DNA from: an uncultured Anaerolineales bacterium
GTDB taxonomy: Bacteria; Planctomycetota; Phycisphaerae; FEN-1346
Direction: 5' to 3'
Length of the DNA stretch: 64,000 bases
Assembly (NCBI GenBank): GCA_964397995.1
Contig: CAYNLG010000002.1
Location: 34,444-98,443 of the forward strand
Positions 19,008 to 29,461 of this stretch are shown here, one piece after another. The notes beneath the pieces are model-generated. The model ran no database searches and was not told the DNA's origin. It saw only the letters and a list, made by a program, of their open reading frames with translations. Within the stretch, counting starts at the first letter, position 1. The number at the start of each line of letters is the position of its first letter. The position numbers and the translations under genes were made by a program.

Positions 19008-19059
19008 CGGCTGCCCCCAAAAAGAACCGGCCCGCCGCGAAGCGGGCCGGAAGGTCGGC

Positions 19060-19136
<77 letters not shown>

Positions 19137-19182
19137 GCGCCCGGCCCCCCGGCGGCACGCCGCCCCGGAGGCCAAGGGTCGA

Positions 19183-19211
19183 ATCATACGCCCCCGCCCT
19201 GCGCCTGTCAA
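19183..19211 (-). promoter_or_regulatory. Sigma70-type promoter for the tRNA-Arg/tadA unit (TTGACA-N17-TATGAT on the minus strand)
   Basis: Perfect -35, near-consensus -10, 17-nt spacer, ~45 nt upstream of the tRNA 5' end. Confidence 0.5.
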
Positions 19212-19678
19212 GGTGAAGGCGCGCCGCGCCGGCGCGCACCCAGTACCTGCGATCCACCACCTCGCCATCTGTGATGACACGGCATACCCCAAGCCCACAC
19301 AAACCTTGCTTGCGCGTCAACCCCCATCGCCGCACCCACCCCTACACCGCCCCCCCCGATGAGATACAGACGTGGCTATCCACAACTCTCCAGCACCCGC
19401 CACAAGCCGTCGCCTCCTCGCCACTCTCGCCTTCCCCGGGTGCCCTTCCCATCTCCCCCAGCCCCCCTCGTTTGCCCCGCTTCGCCGTTTTCTTACCCGC
19501 GTCGGGCGCCGGGGTGCGCCGAGGGCCGCGCCGCCACGGCCGCCGACAAAAAAAGACAGAAAGAGCCAAAAAAAAGATACAAACCGGCAAAACTAGGCCA
19601 CAAAACCGCAAATCCGAGGCAAAAAGGCGCCAGAAACCGGTATAAAAAGTCGGGAAACGCCAAAACCAGGGCCCCGCA

Positions 19679-19747
19679 CCGACACTATAGGCTATAAATG
19701 TTGCCTATAGTATCCGCCGAGGCGCCCCCGCGAACGACACTATAGGC
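19679..19747 (+). repeat. Two direct copies of CGACACTATAGGC (55 nt apart) plus an inverted half-site (CTATAGGC-N12-GCCTATAG) inside a low-GC island
   Basis: 19679-19692 and 19734-19747 share gCCCCGCa..CGACACTATAGGC. GACACTATAG equals the core of the SP6-class phage promoter and resembles the T7 promoter ACGACTCACTATAGG. Confidence 0.5.
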
Positions 19748-19840
19748 ACCAAAGATTGCTTATACGATATGCCGCGCCTGGCCGCCCACGCGGCCGGTGT
19801 CGCCGGCATTCCGCATACCGCATTCTGGAATCCGCAGAGG

Positions 19841-20917
19841 TTATAGATACCGGTCCATCCCCTGCTCTTTCAGCTTCGCCACCAGCTCCCGGACCCGCTC
19901 GGCGTTCTCCCGGGTCGTCACCAGCGTCGCGTCCGGCGTCGAGACGACAATCAGGTCCCGGACCCCCAACGCCGTGACCAGATGGTCATCCGTCGAATAG
20001 AGGATATTCCCGCTCGCATCGGCCGTCAGCGTGGTCCCTTCGGCCACGTTGCCGTGGTCGTCCGCCGGCAGGTGGCTGCCCAGCACCCGCCACGTCCCGA
20101 CGTCGTCCCACGCGAAATGTCCCTCCGTCACCCGCACCCGGTCGGCCTCCTCCAGGATGCCGTAATCGACCGAAATGCGCGGCAAACGCGGGTACACGCG
20201 GGCCATGGCGGCCGCCATCCGGTCCGAGTCGAGGTCCTCCTCCAGCTCCGCCAGGCCCTCGTGCAGCTCCGGCTGGTGCCGCTCGACGGCGCCGAGAATG
20301 GCGTCGGTCCGCCAGTAGAAGATGCCACTGTTCCAGAAATAGTCACCCGAGTCAAAATAGGCTTCCGCGACCGCCAGGGCCGGTTTTTCGTGAAAACTCG
20401 ACACCTCGTAAACGGCCTGCCCGTCGGCCTCGCCCACGGCGGCGCCCCGCAGAATGTACCCGTAGCCCGTGGCCGGAAACGTCGGCCGGATGCCGATGGT
20501 ATAGAGCGGCGCGGGGTCCCGCTCCACGCACGCGTCGGCATGCGTCAGGCACTCGCGCAGGGCCTCGGCCGGGTGGATGATGTGGTCCGAGGGCAGCACG
20601 GCCATGGTCTGCTGGCCGGCCCGTTTCTCGATAATCTTGGCCGCCAGACCCACGCAGGGCAGCGTATCGCGGATCCGCGGCTCGACGACGAAGTTCTCCT
20701 CCGGCAGGTCCGCCAGCAGCCGCCGCGCCACGTCCTGGTGCTTGTGGTTGATCAGGACGAGCACCCGCTCCAGGGGCACCAGGCCCTCCAGGCGGGCAAG
20801 CGTCTGCGTGATCAGCGGCTCGCTGCCGAGGATCGACAGGAACGGTTTCGGGGCTCCCTGGCGGCTGATGGGCCAGAAACGGGTGCCCTCGCCGCCGGCC
20901 ATAATGACTGCCCACAT
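19841..20917 (-). CDS. manC: Mannose-1-phosphate guanylyltransferase (GDP-mannose pyrophosphorylase)
   Basis: N-terminal nucleotidyltransferase motif MWAVIMAGGEGTRFWP. Length 358 aa. Confidence 0.85.
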   Translation of the reverse strand: MWAVIMAGGEGTRFWPISRQGAPKPFLSILGSEPLITQTLARLEGLVPLERVLVLINHKHQDVARRLLADLPEENFVVEPRIRDTLPCVGLAAKIIEKRAGQQTMAVLPSDHIIHPAEALRECLTHADACVERDPAPLYTIGIRPTFPATGYGYILRGAAVGEADGQAVYEVSSFHEKPALAVAEAYFDSGDYFWNSGIFYWRTDAILGAVERHQPELHEGLAELEEDLDSDRMAAAMARVYPRLPRISVDYGILEEADRVRVTEGHFAWDDVGTWRVLGSHLPADDHGNVAEGTTLTADASGNILYSTDDHLVTALGVRDLIVVSTPDATLVTTRENAERVRELVAKLKEQGMDRYL

Positions 20918-21133
20918 GGCGATGTCCTCGCGTTCGGGTGCGTCTCGGCCGGGCGGCCGAAAGAAACCTCTCACCCCCTCGTATAGGGCCCTGCACGGCC
21001 CGGGTCAACGGTTTTCCAAGGTTCCCCGCCACGCGGCCGCGCGGCTTGAAGGCCGGCTCCCCGGCTGGTACACTGATGCCGCGCGGCAGCGGCCGCCCCG
21101 GCCGCCGCGCCGAAGGAGACCCGCGTGCAACCG

Positions 21134-22552
21134 ATGGTGCTCATCATCGAGGACGAGGAATCGGTCCGGACGGCGCTGGCCAGCCGCCTCGCGCAGCACG
21201 GGTACGCCGTCCAGGCGGCCACCACCGCCCGGGAGGGCGTCGCGGCGCTGGCCGAGACCCCGGCGGACCTGGTGCTCCTGGACTACCGCCTGCCCGACGC
21301 CGACGGCCTGGCGGTGCTGGAGCGGATCCGGACGGACTGGCCCGACCTGCCGACCGTGATGATGACGGCGTTTACGAATGTGAACGTGGCCATCAAGGCG
21401 ATGCGGCTGGGGGCGTACGACTACGTCTCGAAGCCCTTCAGCCTCGACGAGATGATGGTCGTCGTCGATAAAGCTTTGGAGGCCCAGCGGTTACGTTCGG
21501 AGGTCGAGCGGCTGCGCGTCCGCCAGCAGGAGGCCTTCACGTTCGACCACATCGTCGCGCGCAGCCCCAAGATGCTGGAGATTCTGCGCCTGCTGCGGAA
21601 CCTCGCCGAGAAGGAGGCCCGCACCATCCTCCTCCAGGGCGAGAGCGGCACGGGCAAGGACCTGGCCGCCAAGGTGGTCCATTACGCCAGCCCCCGGGCC
21701 GACCGGCCGTTCATGAACATCACCTGCACGGCCCTGCCGGAGGCGCTGTTGGAGAGCGAGCTCTTCGGCCACGAGAAAGGGGCGTTCACGGACGCCCGGA
21801 AGCAGAAAGACGGCCTGTTCGCCCTCGCCGACGGAGGGACGATCTTCCTCGACGAGATCGGCGACATGCCGGGCCTGCTGCAGGCCAAACTGCTCCGGTT
21901 CCTGGAGGAAAAGGCCTTTCGCCGCGTCGGCGGAACCGTGGATATCCGCGTGGACGTGCGGATTATCGCGGCCACGAACAAGGACCTGCGGGGCCTGGTC
22001 GAGCGGGGCGAGTTCCGCGAAGACCTCTTCTATCGGCTGAACATCTTCCCGATCACCCTGCCGCCCCTGCGGGACCGCCCCGAAGACGTCCCCCTGCTGG
22101 CCGAGCACTTCGTCGGGGAGTTCAACCGGGAGTTCCGCAAGCGCGTGACGGGCATCGAGCCGGCGGCCCTCGAGATCATGGAGGCGTACGACTGGCCCGG
22201 CAACATCCGCGAGATGCGAAACCTCGTGGAACGGTCGATGCTGCTGGCGTCCGACGGCATATTGACGGTGGCCGATCTTCCCGCGGAACTGACCCAGGCG
22301 GCCGCCGCGCAGGCGCCGACCGCACCGGGCCCGGCCAAGTCGGCGGCCCGGACGCTGGCCCTCGACCGCGGCCCGGTGGACCTCAAGGCCGTGGAACGCG
22401 AGCTCGTGGCCGAGGCCCTCGTCAAGGCCGGCGGGAACCAGTCCAAGGCCGCGCGGCTCCTGAACATGAGCCGTGACCAGCTCCGCTACCGGATCCGCAA
22501 GTACGGCCTGAACCCCGACGGGTCGGACGCGGCCCCGGGAGGCAACGCATGA
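21134..22552 (+). CDS. Sigma-54-dependent response regulator (NtrC family: receiver, AAA+ and Fis-type HTH); alternative GTG start at 21125
   Basis: Receiver (LIIEDEESVR...LLDYRLPD), sigma-54 interaction domain (GESGTGKDLAA, GAFTDA, ESELFGHEKGAFTDA), C-terminal HTH. Confidence 0.85.
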   Translation: MVLIIEDEESVRTALASRLAQHGYAVQAATTAREGVAALAETPADLVLLDYRLPDADGLAVLERIRTDWPDLPTVMMTAFTNVNVAIKAMRLGAYDYVSKPFSLDEMMVVVDKALEAQRLRSEVERLRVRQQEAFTFDHIVARSPKMLEILRLLRNLAEKEARTILLQGESGTGKDLAAKVVHYASPRADRPFMNITCTALPEALLESELFGHEKGAFTDARKQKDGLFALADGGTIFLDEIGDMPGLLQAKLLRFLEEKAFRRVGGTVDIRVDVRIIAATNKDLRGLVERGEFREDLFYRLNIFPITLPPLRDRPEDVPLLAEHFVGEFNREFRKRVTGIEPAALEIMEAYDWPGNIREMRNLVERSMLLASDGILTVADLPAELTQAAAAQAPTAPGPAKSAARTLALDRGPVDLKAVERELVAEALVKAGGNQSKAARLLNMSRDQLRYRIRKYGLNPDGSDAAPGGNA

Positions 22553-23082
22553 CGCCCGACACCACGGTCCTGGTGCTTGTGGACCTGCAGGAGAAGCTTG
22601 TGCGGGCAATGCACCAGCCCGAGGCGCTGCTCCGGGCGGCCGAAATCCTCGTCCGCGGCGCCGGGGTGCTGGGCGTACCCGTGCTCGTGACGGAACAGAA
22701 CCCGGACGGCCTCGGGCCAACCGTGGCGCCAGTCGCGGACGCCCTCCCGCCCGAGCGGATCGCCAAGCGCAGCTTCAGCGCCTGCGGCGAAGCGGCCTTC
22801 CGCACGGCCCTGGAGGCGGTTGGGGGGCAAACCGTGCTCCTGGCGGGCGTCGAGACCCACGTCTGCATCTACCAGACCGCCCGGGACCTGGCGGCGGACG
22901 GATACGCGGTGGAGGTGGTAGCCGACGCCGTGTCGTCGCGCACGCCGGGGAACAAGGCCATCGGCCTGGAGAAGGCCCGCGCCGCGGGCGCCGGGGCGAC
23001 GAGTGTTGAGACGGCCCTCTTCGAACTCCTGGGCGCGGCTGATGGGGACCGTTTCAAGGCGTTGCTGCGGCTGGTGAAGTAG
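22549..23082 (+). CDS. Isochorismatase-family hydrolase (YcaC-like)
   Basis: Isochorismatase-like fold (VLVLVDLQEKLV...VETHVCIYQTARDL). Its ATG overlaps the stop of the regulator gene (ATGA). Confidence 0.75.
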   Translation: MTPDTTVLVLVDLQEKLVRAMHQPEALLRAAEILVRGAGVLGVPVLVTEQNPDGLGPTVAPVADALPPERIAKRSFSACGEAAFRTALEAVGGQTVLLAGVETHVCIYQTARDLAADGYAVEVVADAVSSRTPGNKAIGLEKARAAGAGATSVETALFELLGAADGDRFKALLRLVK

Positions 23083-23177
23083 GGCCCCGGGCGGATCGGG
23101 AAGCGCAGGCGTCGCGGGTGCCGTTCGACGTTTCACAGCCCCCTGGCCCGCTCGGGGGCCGATTCGGCGCTTTTCGG

Positions 23178-23206
23178 TTGACGCCCTTTGCGGGGGCCTC
23201 TAGAAT
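23178..23206 (+). promoter_or_regulatory. Sigma70-like promoter (TTGACG-N17-TAGAAT) ~230 nt upstream of acs
   Basis: A near-consensus hexamer pair. The long leader leaves the assignment tentative. Confidence 0.3.
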
Positions 23207-23434
23207 CCGCCCCGGCGCCAAGACAGTCGGCGCCGCCGGGCTCTGCCGCATCGGTGGCACCCCGGAACGTCGTACTTCCACGGTAAGGGAACGCCGCGCG
23301 GAGGCCGGTCCACGCCCGGTTGCCGCGTGCGGGCTCCCATCCCGCCCGGACCGGCTGCCGCACGCCGTACCGGGTGAGGCGGGGGCCTTTCCGGGCGGCG
23401 TTCGGATCCGAACACGAAAGGAGCAGGCAGGACG

Positions 23435-25432
23435 ATGGCGAACGAGAAAGGCATGGAATCCCTGATGTCGGAAAAGCGGACCTTCCCGCCGCCTGGCGAC
23501 CTCCAGGCCGGAGCCCACATCAAGTCGATGGACGAGTACCAGGCGCTGTACGACCGGTCGGTCAACGACCCGGAGGGCTTCTGGCTGGAGCAGGCCAAAG
23601 AGCTGGTGACGTGGGAGAAAGAACCCACGAAGGCCCGCCAGTACACGTGGGACACCAATGGCCGCACCATCGAGCACACGTGGTTCGCCGACGGCCAGCT
23701 CAACATCAGCACGAACTGCCTGGACCGGCACCTCGGCACGCCGCGCGAGAACAAGGTCGCGCTGATCTGGCAGGGCGACGAGCCGGCCGAGGACTCGAAG
23801 ATCACGTTCAAGGAGCTGCACGCCGAGGTGTGCAAGTTCGCGAACGCGCTGAAGGGCCTGGGCATCAAGAAGGGCGACCGGGTCTGCATCTACCTGGGCA
23901 TGGTGCCGGAGCTGCCGGTGGTGATGCTGGCGTGCGCCCGCATCGGGGCGATCCACTCGGTGGTGTTCGGGGGCTTTTCGAGCGACGCCCTCCGCGACCG
24001 GATCAACGACTCCGATTGCCGCGTCCTGATCACGGCCAACGTCTCGCGCCGGGCCGGCAAGAGCATCCCGCTGAAGGCCATTGCCGACGAGGCGCTCGCC
24101 TCGACGCCGACGATCGAGAACGTCGTGGTCGTGAAGCGCAATGACGACGGCTGCGAGATGATGGCCGACCGCGACCACTGGTACCACGAGCTGATGGCGG
24201 ACGCGTCGGCGGAGTGTCCGGCCGAGGTGATGGACGCCGAGGACCCCCTCTATATCCTCTACACGTCCGGTTCGACGGGCAAGCCGAAGGGCGTCGTGCA
24301 CACGACGGCCGGGTACCTGGTATGGATCACGCTGACGCACAAGCTGGTCTTCGACATCAAGGAAGAGGACGTCTACTTCTGCGCGGCCGACATCGGGTGG
24401 GTGACGGGCCACAGCTACATCGTCTACGGTCCGCTGGCCAACGGCACGACGAGCGTGATGTTCGAGTCGACGCCGCTCTACCCGGACGCGGGCCGCTACT
24501 GGGCGGTCATCGACAAGTTCAAGGTGACCCAGTTCTACACCGCGCCGACCGCCATCCGGGCGCTGATTCGCCAGGGCGACGAATGGCCGCACAAGTACGA
24601 CCTCTCGAGCCTGCGGATCCTCGGGTCGGTCGGCGAGCCGATCAACCCCGAGGCGTGGATGTGGTACTACAAACACGTCGGCCGCGAGACGTGCCCGATC
24701 GTGGACACGTGGTGGCAGACGGAGACGGGCGGCTTCATGATTACGCCCCTGCCCGGCGCGATGACCCTGAAGCCGGGGTCGGCCAGCCGGCCGTTCTTCG
24801 GCGTCGAGCCGGTGCTGCTGCGCGAGGACGGGTCGGAATGCGACCCGAACGAGGGCGGCAAGCTCTGCATCAAGAAGCCGTGGCCGGGGATGCTGCGGAC
24901 CACGTGGGGCGACCACGACCGCTTCATCGACACGTACTTCACGATGTACGCCGACCTCTACTTCACCGGCGACGGCTGCCGCATCGACGACGACGGTGAT
25001 TACTGGCTCATGGGCCGCATCGACGACGTCGTCAACGTTTCGGGGCACCGGATCGGGACGGCCGAGGTCGAGAGCGCCTTGGTGTCGCACGAGGCGGTGG
25101 CGGAGGCGGCCGTGGCCCCGATGCCGCACGAGATCAAGGGCCAGGGCCTGTACGCCTACGTGACGCTGGTGGACGGGCAGGACGAGAGCGAGGAGCTGAA
25201 GAAGGCCCTCGTGCAGCACGTGCGGAAGGAGATCGGCCCGATCGCGACGCCGGACGTGGTGCAGTTCGCCCCGTCGCTGCCGAAGACGCGGTCCGGCAAG
25301 ATCATGCGCCGCATCCTGCGGAAGATCGCCGAGGGCGTGACGGACAAGTCGACCCTGGGCGACACCTCGACGCTGGCCGATCCGAGCATCGTCGACCACC
25401 TCATTGAGAATCGGCCGCAGCCGAAGCAGTAA
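23435..25432 (+). CDS. acs: Acetyl-CoA synthetase (AMP-forming)
   Basis: 665 aa with AMP-binding motifs ([20 protein letters not shown]) and a C-terminal SGKIMRR. A full-length Acs-like architecture. Confidence 0.95.
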   Translation: MANEKGMESLMSEKRTFPPPGDLQAGAHIKSMDEYQALYDRSVNDPEGFWLEQAKELVTWEKEPTKARQYTWDTNGRTIEHTWFADGQLNISTNCLDRHLGTPRENKVALIWQGDEPAEDSKITFKELHAEVCKFANALKGLGIKKGDRVCIYLGMVPELPVVMLACARIGAIHSVVFGGFSSDALRDRINDSDCRVLITANVSRRAGKSIPLKAIADEALASTPTIENVVVVKRNDDGCEMMADRDHWYHELMADASAECPAEVMDAEDPLYILYTSGSTGKPKGVVHTTAGYLVWITLTHKLVFDIKEEDVYFCAADIGWVTGHSYIVYGPLANGTTSVMFESTPLYPDAGRYWAVIDKFKVTQFYTAPTAIRALIRQGDEWPHKYDLSSLRILGSVGEPINPEAWMWYYKHVGRETCPIVDTWWQTETGGFMITPLPGAMTLKPGSASRPFFGVEPVLLREDGSECDPNEGGKLCIKKPWPGMLRTTWGDHDRFIDTYFTMYADLYFTGDGCRIDDDGDYWLMGRIDDVVNVSGHRIGTAEVESALVSHEAVAEAAVAPMPHEIKGQGLYAYVTLVDGQDESEELKKALVQHVRKEIGPIATPDVVQFAPSLPKTRSGKIMRRILRKIAEGVTDKSTLGDTSTLADPSIVDHLIENRPQPKQ

Positions 25433-25452
25433 GCAGCCAATCGTCAAGCGCG

Positions 25453-25490
25453 GCGCGGCAGGCCCCGTGGTCTGCCGCGCTGGCGTTTTG
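25453..25490 (+). terminator. Intrinsic terminator candidate after acs
   Basis: A 9-bp GC stem GCGCGGCAG/CTGCCGCGC with a 10-nt loop, followed by GGCGTTTTG. Confidence 0.45.
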
Positions 25491-25531
25491 CCCGTTCCCC
25501 TATCGTGCGACGTCGCGCAAGGAGGCCGTCG

Positions 25532-26836
25532 ATGGCCGAGCAGCCGCAAACGATGAACCGGGGCTTCGTGGTCGTGGGGGCGATCCTCATCCAACTCTGC
25601 CTCGGGGCGATCTACGCGTGGAGCGTGTTCACGCCGGCCCTGACCGACGCCGGCTGGTCCAAAGCCGAGACCCAGATGGTGTTCGCCGCCGGCTTGGCGA
25701 CCTTCGCCGTCGTCATGGTCATTGCCGGCCGCATCCTGCCCAAGCTCGGGCCTCGCACCGTCACCATGCTGGGCGGTCTGGTGCTCGGCCTCGGGTATGT
25801 GCTGGCGGGCCTGACGGGCGGCACGAACTTCGACGCCGTTTTCGCCCTGATCGGCATCCTCGGCGGGGCGGGCATCGGCCTTGCCTATGTGGTCCCGATC
25901 GCCGTCGGCATGAAGTGGTTCCCCGACAAGAAGGGGATGATCACGGGCCTGGCCGTGGCCGGGTTCGGCTTCGGAGCGATGCTCTGGGTCAAGCTGGCTG
26001 GCGACTGGGGCAACCTGATCGCCAACCACGGCCTCAGCACCACGTTCATGATCTACGGCGTGGTCTTCTTCCTGATGTGCCTGATCGGGGGCCTCTGGAT
26101 GAAGAACCCGCCGGAAGGCTGGCGGCCCGCGGGTTACGTGCCGCCGGAGGAGGCCAAGGCGGCCGGCGCCCACACCGTCGGCACCTCGGACTTCACGAGC
26201 GGCCGGATGCTGGCCACGCCCCAGTTCTACATGATCCTCCTGACGTTCGCCTTCGGGGCCAGCGCGGGCCTGATGTCGATCGGCCTGATGAAGCTCTTCC
26301 CGATCTCGGCTCTCACCGATGGCGGAGACGTCACGGAGGCACAGGCCAGCGCGTTCGCCGGCACGGCCATGGCCTTCTTCTTCAGCCTGGCCAACGGCAT
26401 CGGCCGCATCGCCTGGGGCACCGTCTCCGACAAGCTCGGACGCAAGGCCTCCATCGTCATCATGATGGCCACCCAAGGCGTCTTCGTCATCACGTTCCAG
26501 TGGACGGCGGGCCTGATGACTGGCGGGTACCCGGTGCCGCTTTTCATCTGGGCGGCCCTGATCGGGTTCAACTTCGGGGGCAACTTCGCCCTGTTCCCGA
26601 CCATCACCGCCGACACGTTCGGCACGAAGTACGTCGGCCAGAACTACGGCTGGGTCTTCCTCGCGTACGGCTTGGGCGGCATCTTCGGGCCAATCCTGGG
26701 CGGCAAGCTCGGGGATTTGGGCAACTTCCCGCTGGCGTTCTCGATCTGCGGCGTGCTGTGCCTGGTGGCCGCGGGGATCATCGCGACGGTCCGCCCGCCA
26801 CACACCTCGGCAGCCCCCGCGCCGGCCGGGGCCTGA
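25532..26836 (+). CDS. MFS transporter, oxalate:formate antiporter (OFA)-like; candidate monocarboxylate/acetate carrier
   Basis: 12 predicted TM segments with OFA-family-like loops (GRILPKLGPRTV, SDKLGRKAS). Directly downstream of acs. An alternative upstream ATG is at 25505. Confidence 0.75.
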   Translation: MAEQPQTMNRGFVVVGAILIQLCLGAIYAWSVFTPALTDAGWSKAETQMVFAAGLATFAVVMVIAGRILPKLGPRTVTMLGGLVLGLGYVLAGLTGGTNFDAVFALIGILGGAGIGLAYVVPIAVGMKWFPDKKGMITGLAVAGFGFGAMLWVKLAGDWGNLIANHGLSTTFMIYGVVFFLMCLIGGLWMKNPPEGWRPAGYVPPEEAKAAGAHTVGTSDFTSGRMLATPQFYMILLTFAFGASAGLMSIGLMKLFPISALTDGGDVTEAQASAFAGTAMAFFFSLANGIGRIAWGTVSDKLGRKASIVIMMATQGVFVITFQWTAGLMTGGYPVPLFIWAALIGFNFGGNFALFPTITADTFGTKYVGQNYGWVFLAYGLGGIFGPILGGKLGDLGNFPLAFSICGVLCLVAAGIIATVRPPHTSAAPAPAGA

Positions 26837-26866
26837 GGTCTGACCAATACCGAGCTCCACGGAGGG

Positions 26867-26900
26867 CGGGGCCCCGCAAAGGGCCCTGCCTTTCCTTCTG
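26867..26900 (+). terminator. Possible terminator after the MFS gene (GGGGCCC-CGCAAA-GGGCCCT followed by a CCTTTCCTTCT tract)
   Basis: A GC hairpin followed by a pyrimidine/T-rich tract in a convergent intergenic region. Confidence 0.3.
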
Positions 26901-27187
26901 CGCGGGCGGGTGTCATGGACGAGGGGGGGCGCACCGCCCTGCCTCGCCCAAGCCCCGGCGCATACGACAGCCCCGCACGGCATGTGCCGCGCGGGGCCGC
27001 CTCACGTCATCCGCAGACACAGGCACCCCCGCGGACGGGCCCCACGTCGCCGGGCGAGTGCGGCTCGGGTCGAGCGGCTCCCTCAAGCCTTCCCGTGCCG
27101 CGTCGCGCCCGTCGGGCGCCGTCCGCGTCGGCGCGTCCCGCGCGGGCCGTCAACCCGCGTGCCATCGGACGCGCCGCGAATGCTGCG

Positions 27188-28453
27188 TTACGTACGGCGA
27201 CGGCGCGCGAGCGCCAGGCCGCCCAGGGCCAGCAGACTGAGCGTGGCCGGCTCAGGCACCGGGTCGCCCTGATAGGCCCCGATGTGCGTCCCGTCCGTGG
27301 CCGCGTTCAGGGCCGGCGAACCGACCAGCAGGGCATAGAACTCCTCGGCCGTAGTCCCGTCGCGGTTCAGCAGCGGGTCGGCCAAGAGGAAGTCGGTGAA
27401 GATGAAATCGTCACCGGTCGTGGTCCAGCCAACGTCGCCCTGGGCACCTGGCCACTCCTCCGGATAGGCGTAGTCCGGGTACCAGCTGTCCTCGGAGTAG
27501 TTGTTGAAGAAGAGGCAGGTGTCGATCTCGACGTCGCCCGCGAGCCCGCCCGTCGAGTTTTCGCCATTGTAAATGGCGTACCACAGGCACTCGGCGAAGA
27601 GGTTGTCGCGGACCTCGATCTTGGTAGCGTCGTAGGTGGCACCGACATTGTCCCAGAAGGCGAGGAGCTGGCTGCTGTAGTCGCCGGCCTGGAGCCACTG
27701 GCCCATCTTGCCATCGAGTGTGTTGTGGGTGACGCTGAGGGTGCGCGTGCCGCTTGGGCTGCCGGTCGCGCCCCCCTGGATGACGATGCCCGCTCGGCCA
27801 CCGCTGATGTAATTGTATGAGATGTCGGTGTGACCGGAAGCGGCGGGGTCGTTGCCGGTCTCCCACCAGATGACGCCTTGGCCGCTCGTGCGCGTGGCCG
27901 AGTGGAAGAAGTTCCCGGTACACGTGAACGATTCGGTGCCCTGGAGGTAGAGCCGCTTGGAGTAGTTGTTGTACACCTCGTTGTTGCGGAAGGTGAAGGT
28001 GGTGTCCGCCTTGGTGTTCCAGATGGCCGAGCGGCAGTCGTGGATCTTGCAGTTCTCGACCGTCCAGCCGGTGTGGGCCGACGCAGCGTTGCCTTCACCG
28101 ATGCCGTAGCCGTACTGATTGCCGGACTGGTGTGTGATCTCCAGGCCGCGCACCGTCACGCCGTCGGCGTTGATGACGATCTTGTTAGCGTACTTGCTGG
28201 TGGTGCTGACGAGGGTCGGCATGGCTTCGCCGGCTGCGCCTTGCAGGACCAGGTTCTGCTGGCCCAGGCTGAGCTGCGGCTCGACATAGGTCCCGGCGTG
28301 GACGGTGACGGTATCGTTGGCCCCGGCCGCGGCGAGGGCGTCGGCGATCGTGCTGTAGGCATAGCCGCTTCCGACGTGGAGCTCGGCGGCCATCGCTGGC
28401 ACGGCCGAAAGCATCCCGAAAGTCGCGGCAAGCATGAGTGTGAAGCGTCGCAT
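27188..28453 (-). CDS. PEP-CTERM sorting-domain protein with right-handed beta-helix (pectate-lyase-like) domain
   Basis: Signal peptide MRRFTLMLAATFGMLSAVPAMA. NxG/beta-helix repeats. C-terminus VPEPATLSLLALGGLALARRRRT, the canonical PEP-CTERM layout (PEP, TM helix, Arg cluster). Confidence 0.8.
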   Translation of the reverse strand: MRRFTLMLAATFGMLSAVPAMAAELHVGSGYAYSTIADALAAAGANDTVTVHAGTYVEPQLSLGQQNLVLQGAAGEAMPTLVSTTSKYANKIVINADGVTVRGLEITHQSGNQYGYGIGEGNAASAHTGWTVENCKIHDCRSAIWNTKADTTFTFRNNEVYNNYSKRLYLQGTESFTCTGNFFHSATRTSGQGVIWWETGNDPAASGHTDISYNYISGGRAGIVIQGGATGSPSGTRTLSVTHNTLDGKMGQWLQAGDYSSQLLAFWDNVGATYDATKIEVRDNLFAECLWYAIYNGENSTGGLAGDVEIDTCLFFNNYSEDSWYPDYAYPEEWPGAQGDVGWTTTGDDFIFTDFLLADPLLNRDGTTAEEFYALLVGSPALNAATDGTHIGAYQGDPVPEPATLSLLALGGLALARRRRT

Positions 28454-28498
28454 GGGTGTCTCCCTTTTCTCTCCCGGGAGGAGAGGCAGGTTCATGAA

Positions 28499-29461
28499 TT
28501 ACTTCCGGCGGCGGCGCGCGAGCGCCAGGCCGCCCAGGGCCAGCAGGCTGAGGGTCGCCGGCTCAGGGACGTTCGAAATCTCAACGTTGTCGAAGAGGAA
28601 CCCGCCACCCAGGTTGCCGATGTCGGCTCCGCCGGCGTTCCGGAACATGAGCGAATCGACGGCCTGCTCGCGCGGCCCCTCGGCGGGGCCAGCGTAGTAC
28701 GATTCCCACGTCGTGCCGGTGTGCTTGAGGTCGCCGTCGATGAAGACCTGGACGATGTCGTTGCCGAACTGCTCGCCGCCGACGTCCTGGAGGCCGTCGA
28801 CGAACTGGATCAGCATCTCGACACGGTGGTAGTCGTCGTAGGACAGGCTGTCGGCAACCTGCGTGTAGTCGTCGCCGCCAAACTGCCCCCAGGGATCGCT
28901 CACCGAGCCGGTGCCGTAGAACCAGATGTCAATGCCGTCGACCCCGTTGTCCGAGATGCCGAGGTAGCCATTGCGGACGGTCGACTGCTTGGCCGTCGGG
29001 CTGAGGCTGAGACCCAAGCCGGTCTGCGGCGTGCCCGTGGCCGACTTGATGTCGAAGGCCGCGTAGAAGTACGGCGTCGCGGCGGGGCTGCCCGCGAGCG
29101 GGGGGTTGTTCGGGTTCGTATGATCGTCGCCGTAATCGTTGTAGAGGTAACTGCCGGGCTCGCCGGCGACCTCGTCGGTGGTCGGCGTGCACGGCTGGAA
29201 AGCGTACTCGGTATACGTGTAGGCGTCCGAGATGCGCCAGGCCTTGTTGCCGTCGCCCTCGACGATGACGGCCTCGTCGAAATCAACCGGCTTGCCCGCG
29301 TCGGTGGGGTCGTTGCCGAACGAGTCCTCGGTGGTCCAGCCTTCCTGGCCGTTGATCGGGCCGAGGGAGAACCCCTCGAAGTCGGTCTGGTAGGCCTGGG
29401 CCATGCCGGCGAGAAGCAGGGCCAGCGTTGTCGCGGCTGCCATACGTGTGATCGATTTCAT
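28499..29461 (-). CDS. PEP-CTERM sorting-domain protein (D/G/T-rich secreted cargo)
   Basis: Signal peptide MKSITRMAAATTLALLLAGMAQA. C-terminus VPEPATLSLLALGGLALARRRRK. Confidence 0.8.
   Translation of the reverse strand: MKSITRMAAATTLALLLAGMAQAYQTDFEGFSLGPINGQEGWTTEDSFGNDPTDAGKPVDFDEAVIVEGDGNKAWRISDAYTYTEYAFQPCTPTTDEVAGEPGSYLYNDYGDDHTNPNNPPLAGSPAATPYFYAAFDIKSATGTPQTGLGLSLSPTAKQSTVRNGYLGISDNGVDGIDIWFYGTGSVSDPWGQFGGDDYTQVADSLSYDDYHRVEMLIQFVDGLQDVGGEQFGNDIVQVFIDGDLKHTGTTWESYYAGPAEGPREQAVDSLMFRNAGGADIGNLGGGFLFDNVEISNVPEPATLSLLALGGLALARRRRK

Noticed and set aside
19271-19697. K/R/Q-rich short plus-strand ORFs in the A/C tract (e.g. RGPRRHGRRQKKTERAKKKIQTGKTRPQNRKSEAKRRQKPV)
   Set aside because: They are a translation of a T-free purine/C-rich DNA tract. 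The composition is driven by the nucleotide bias, there is no start context, and the ORFs overlap one another in several frames.
23054-26983. 1309-aa minus-strand ORF spanning the whole acs-MFS region
   Set aside because: It is antisense to two well-supported genes. The translation is R/G/P/A-rich low complexity, typical of stop-codon-poor antisense frames in 70% GC DNA.
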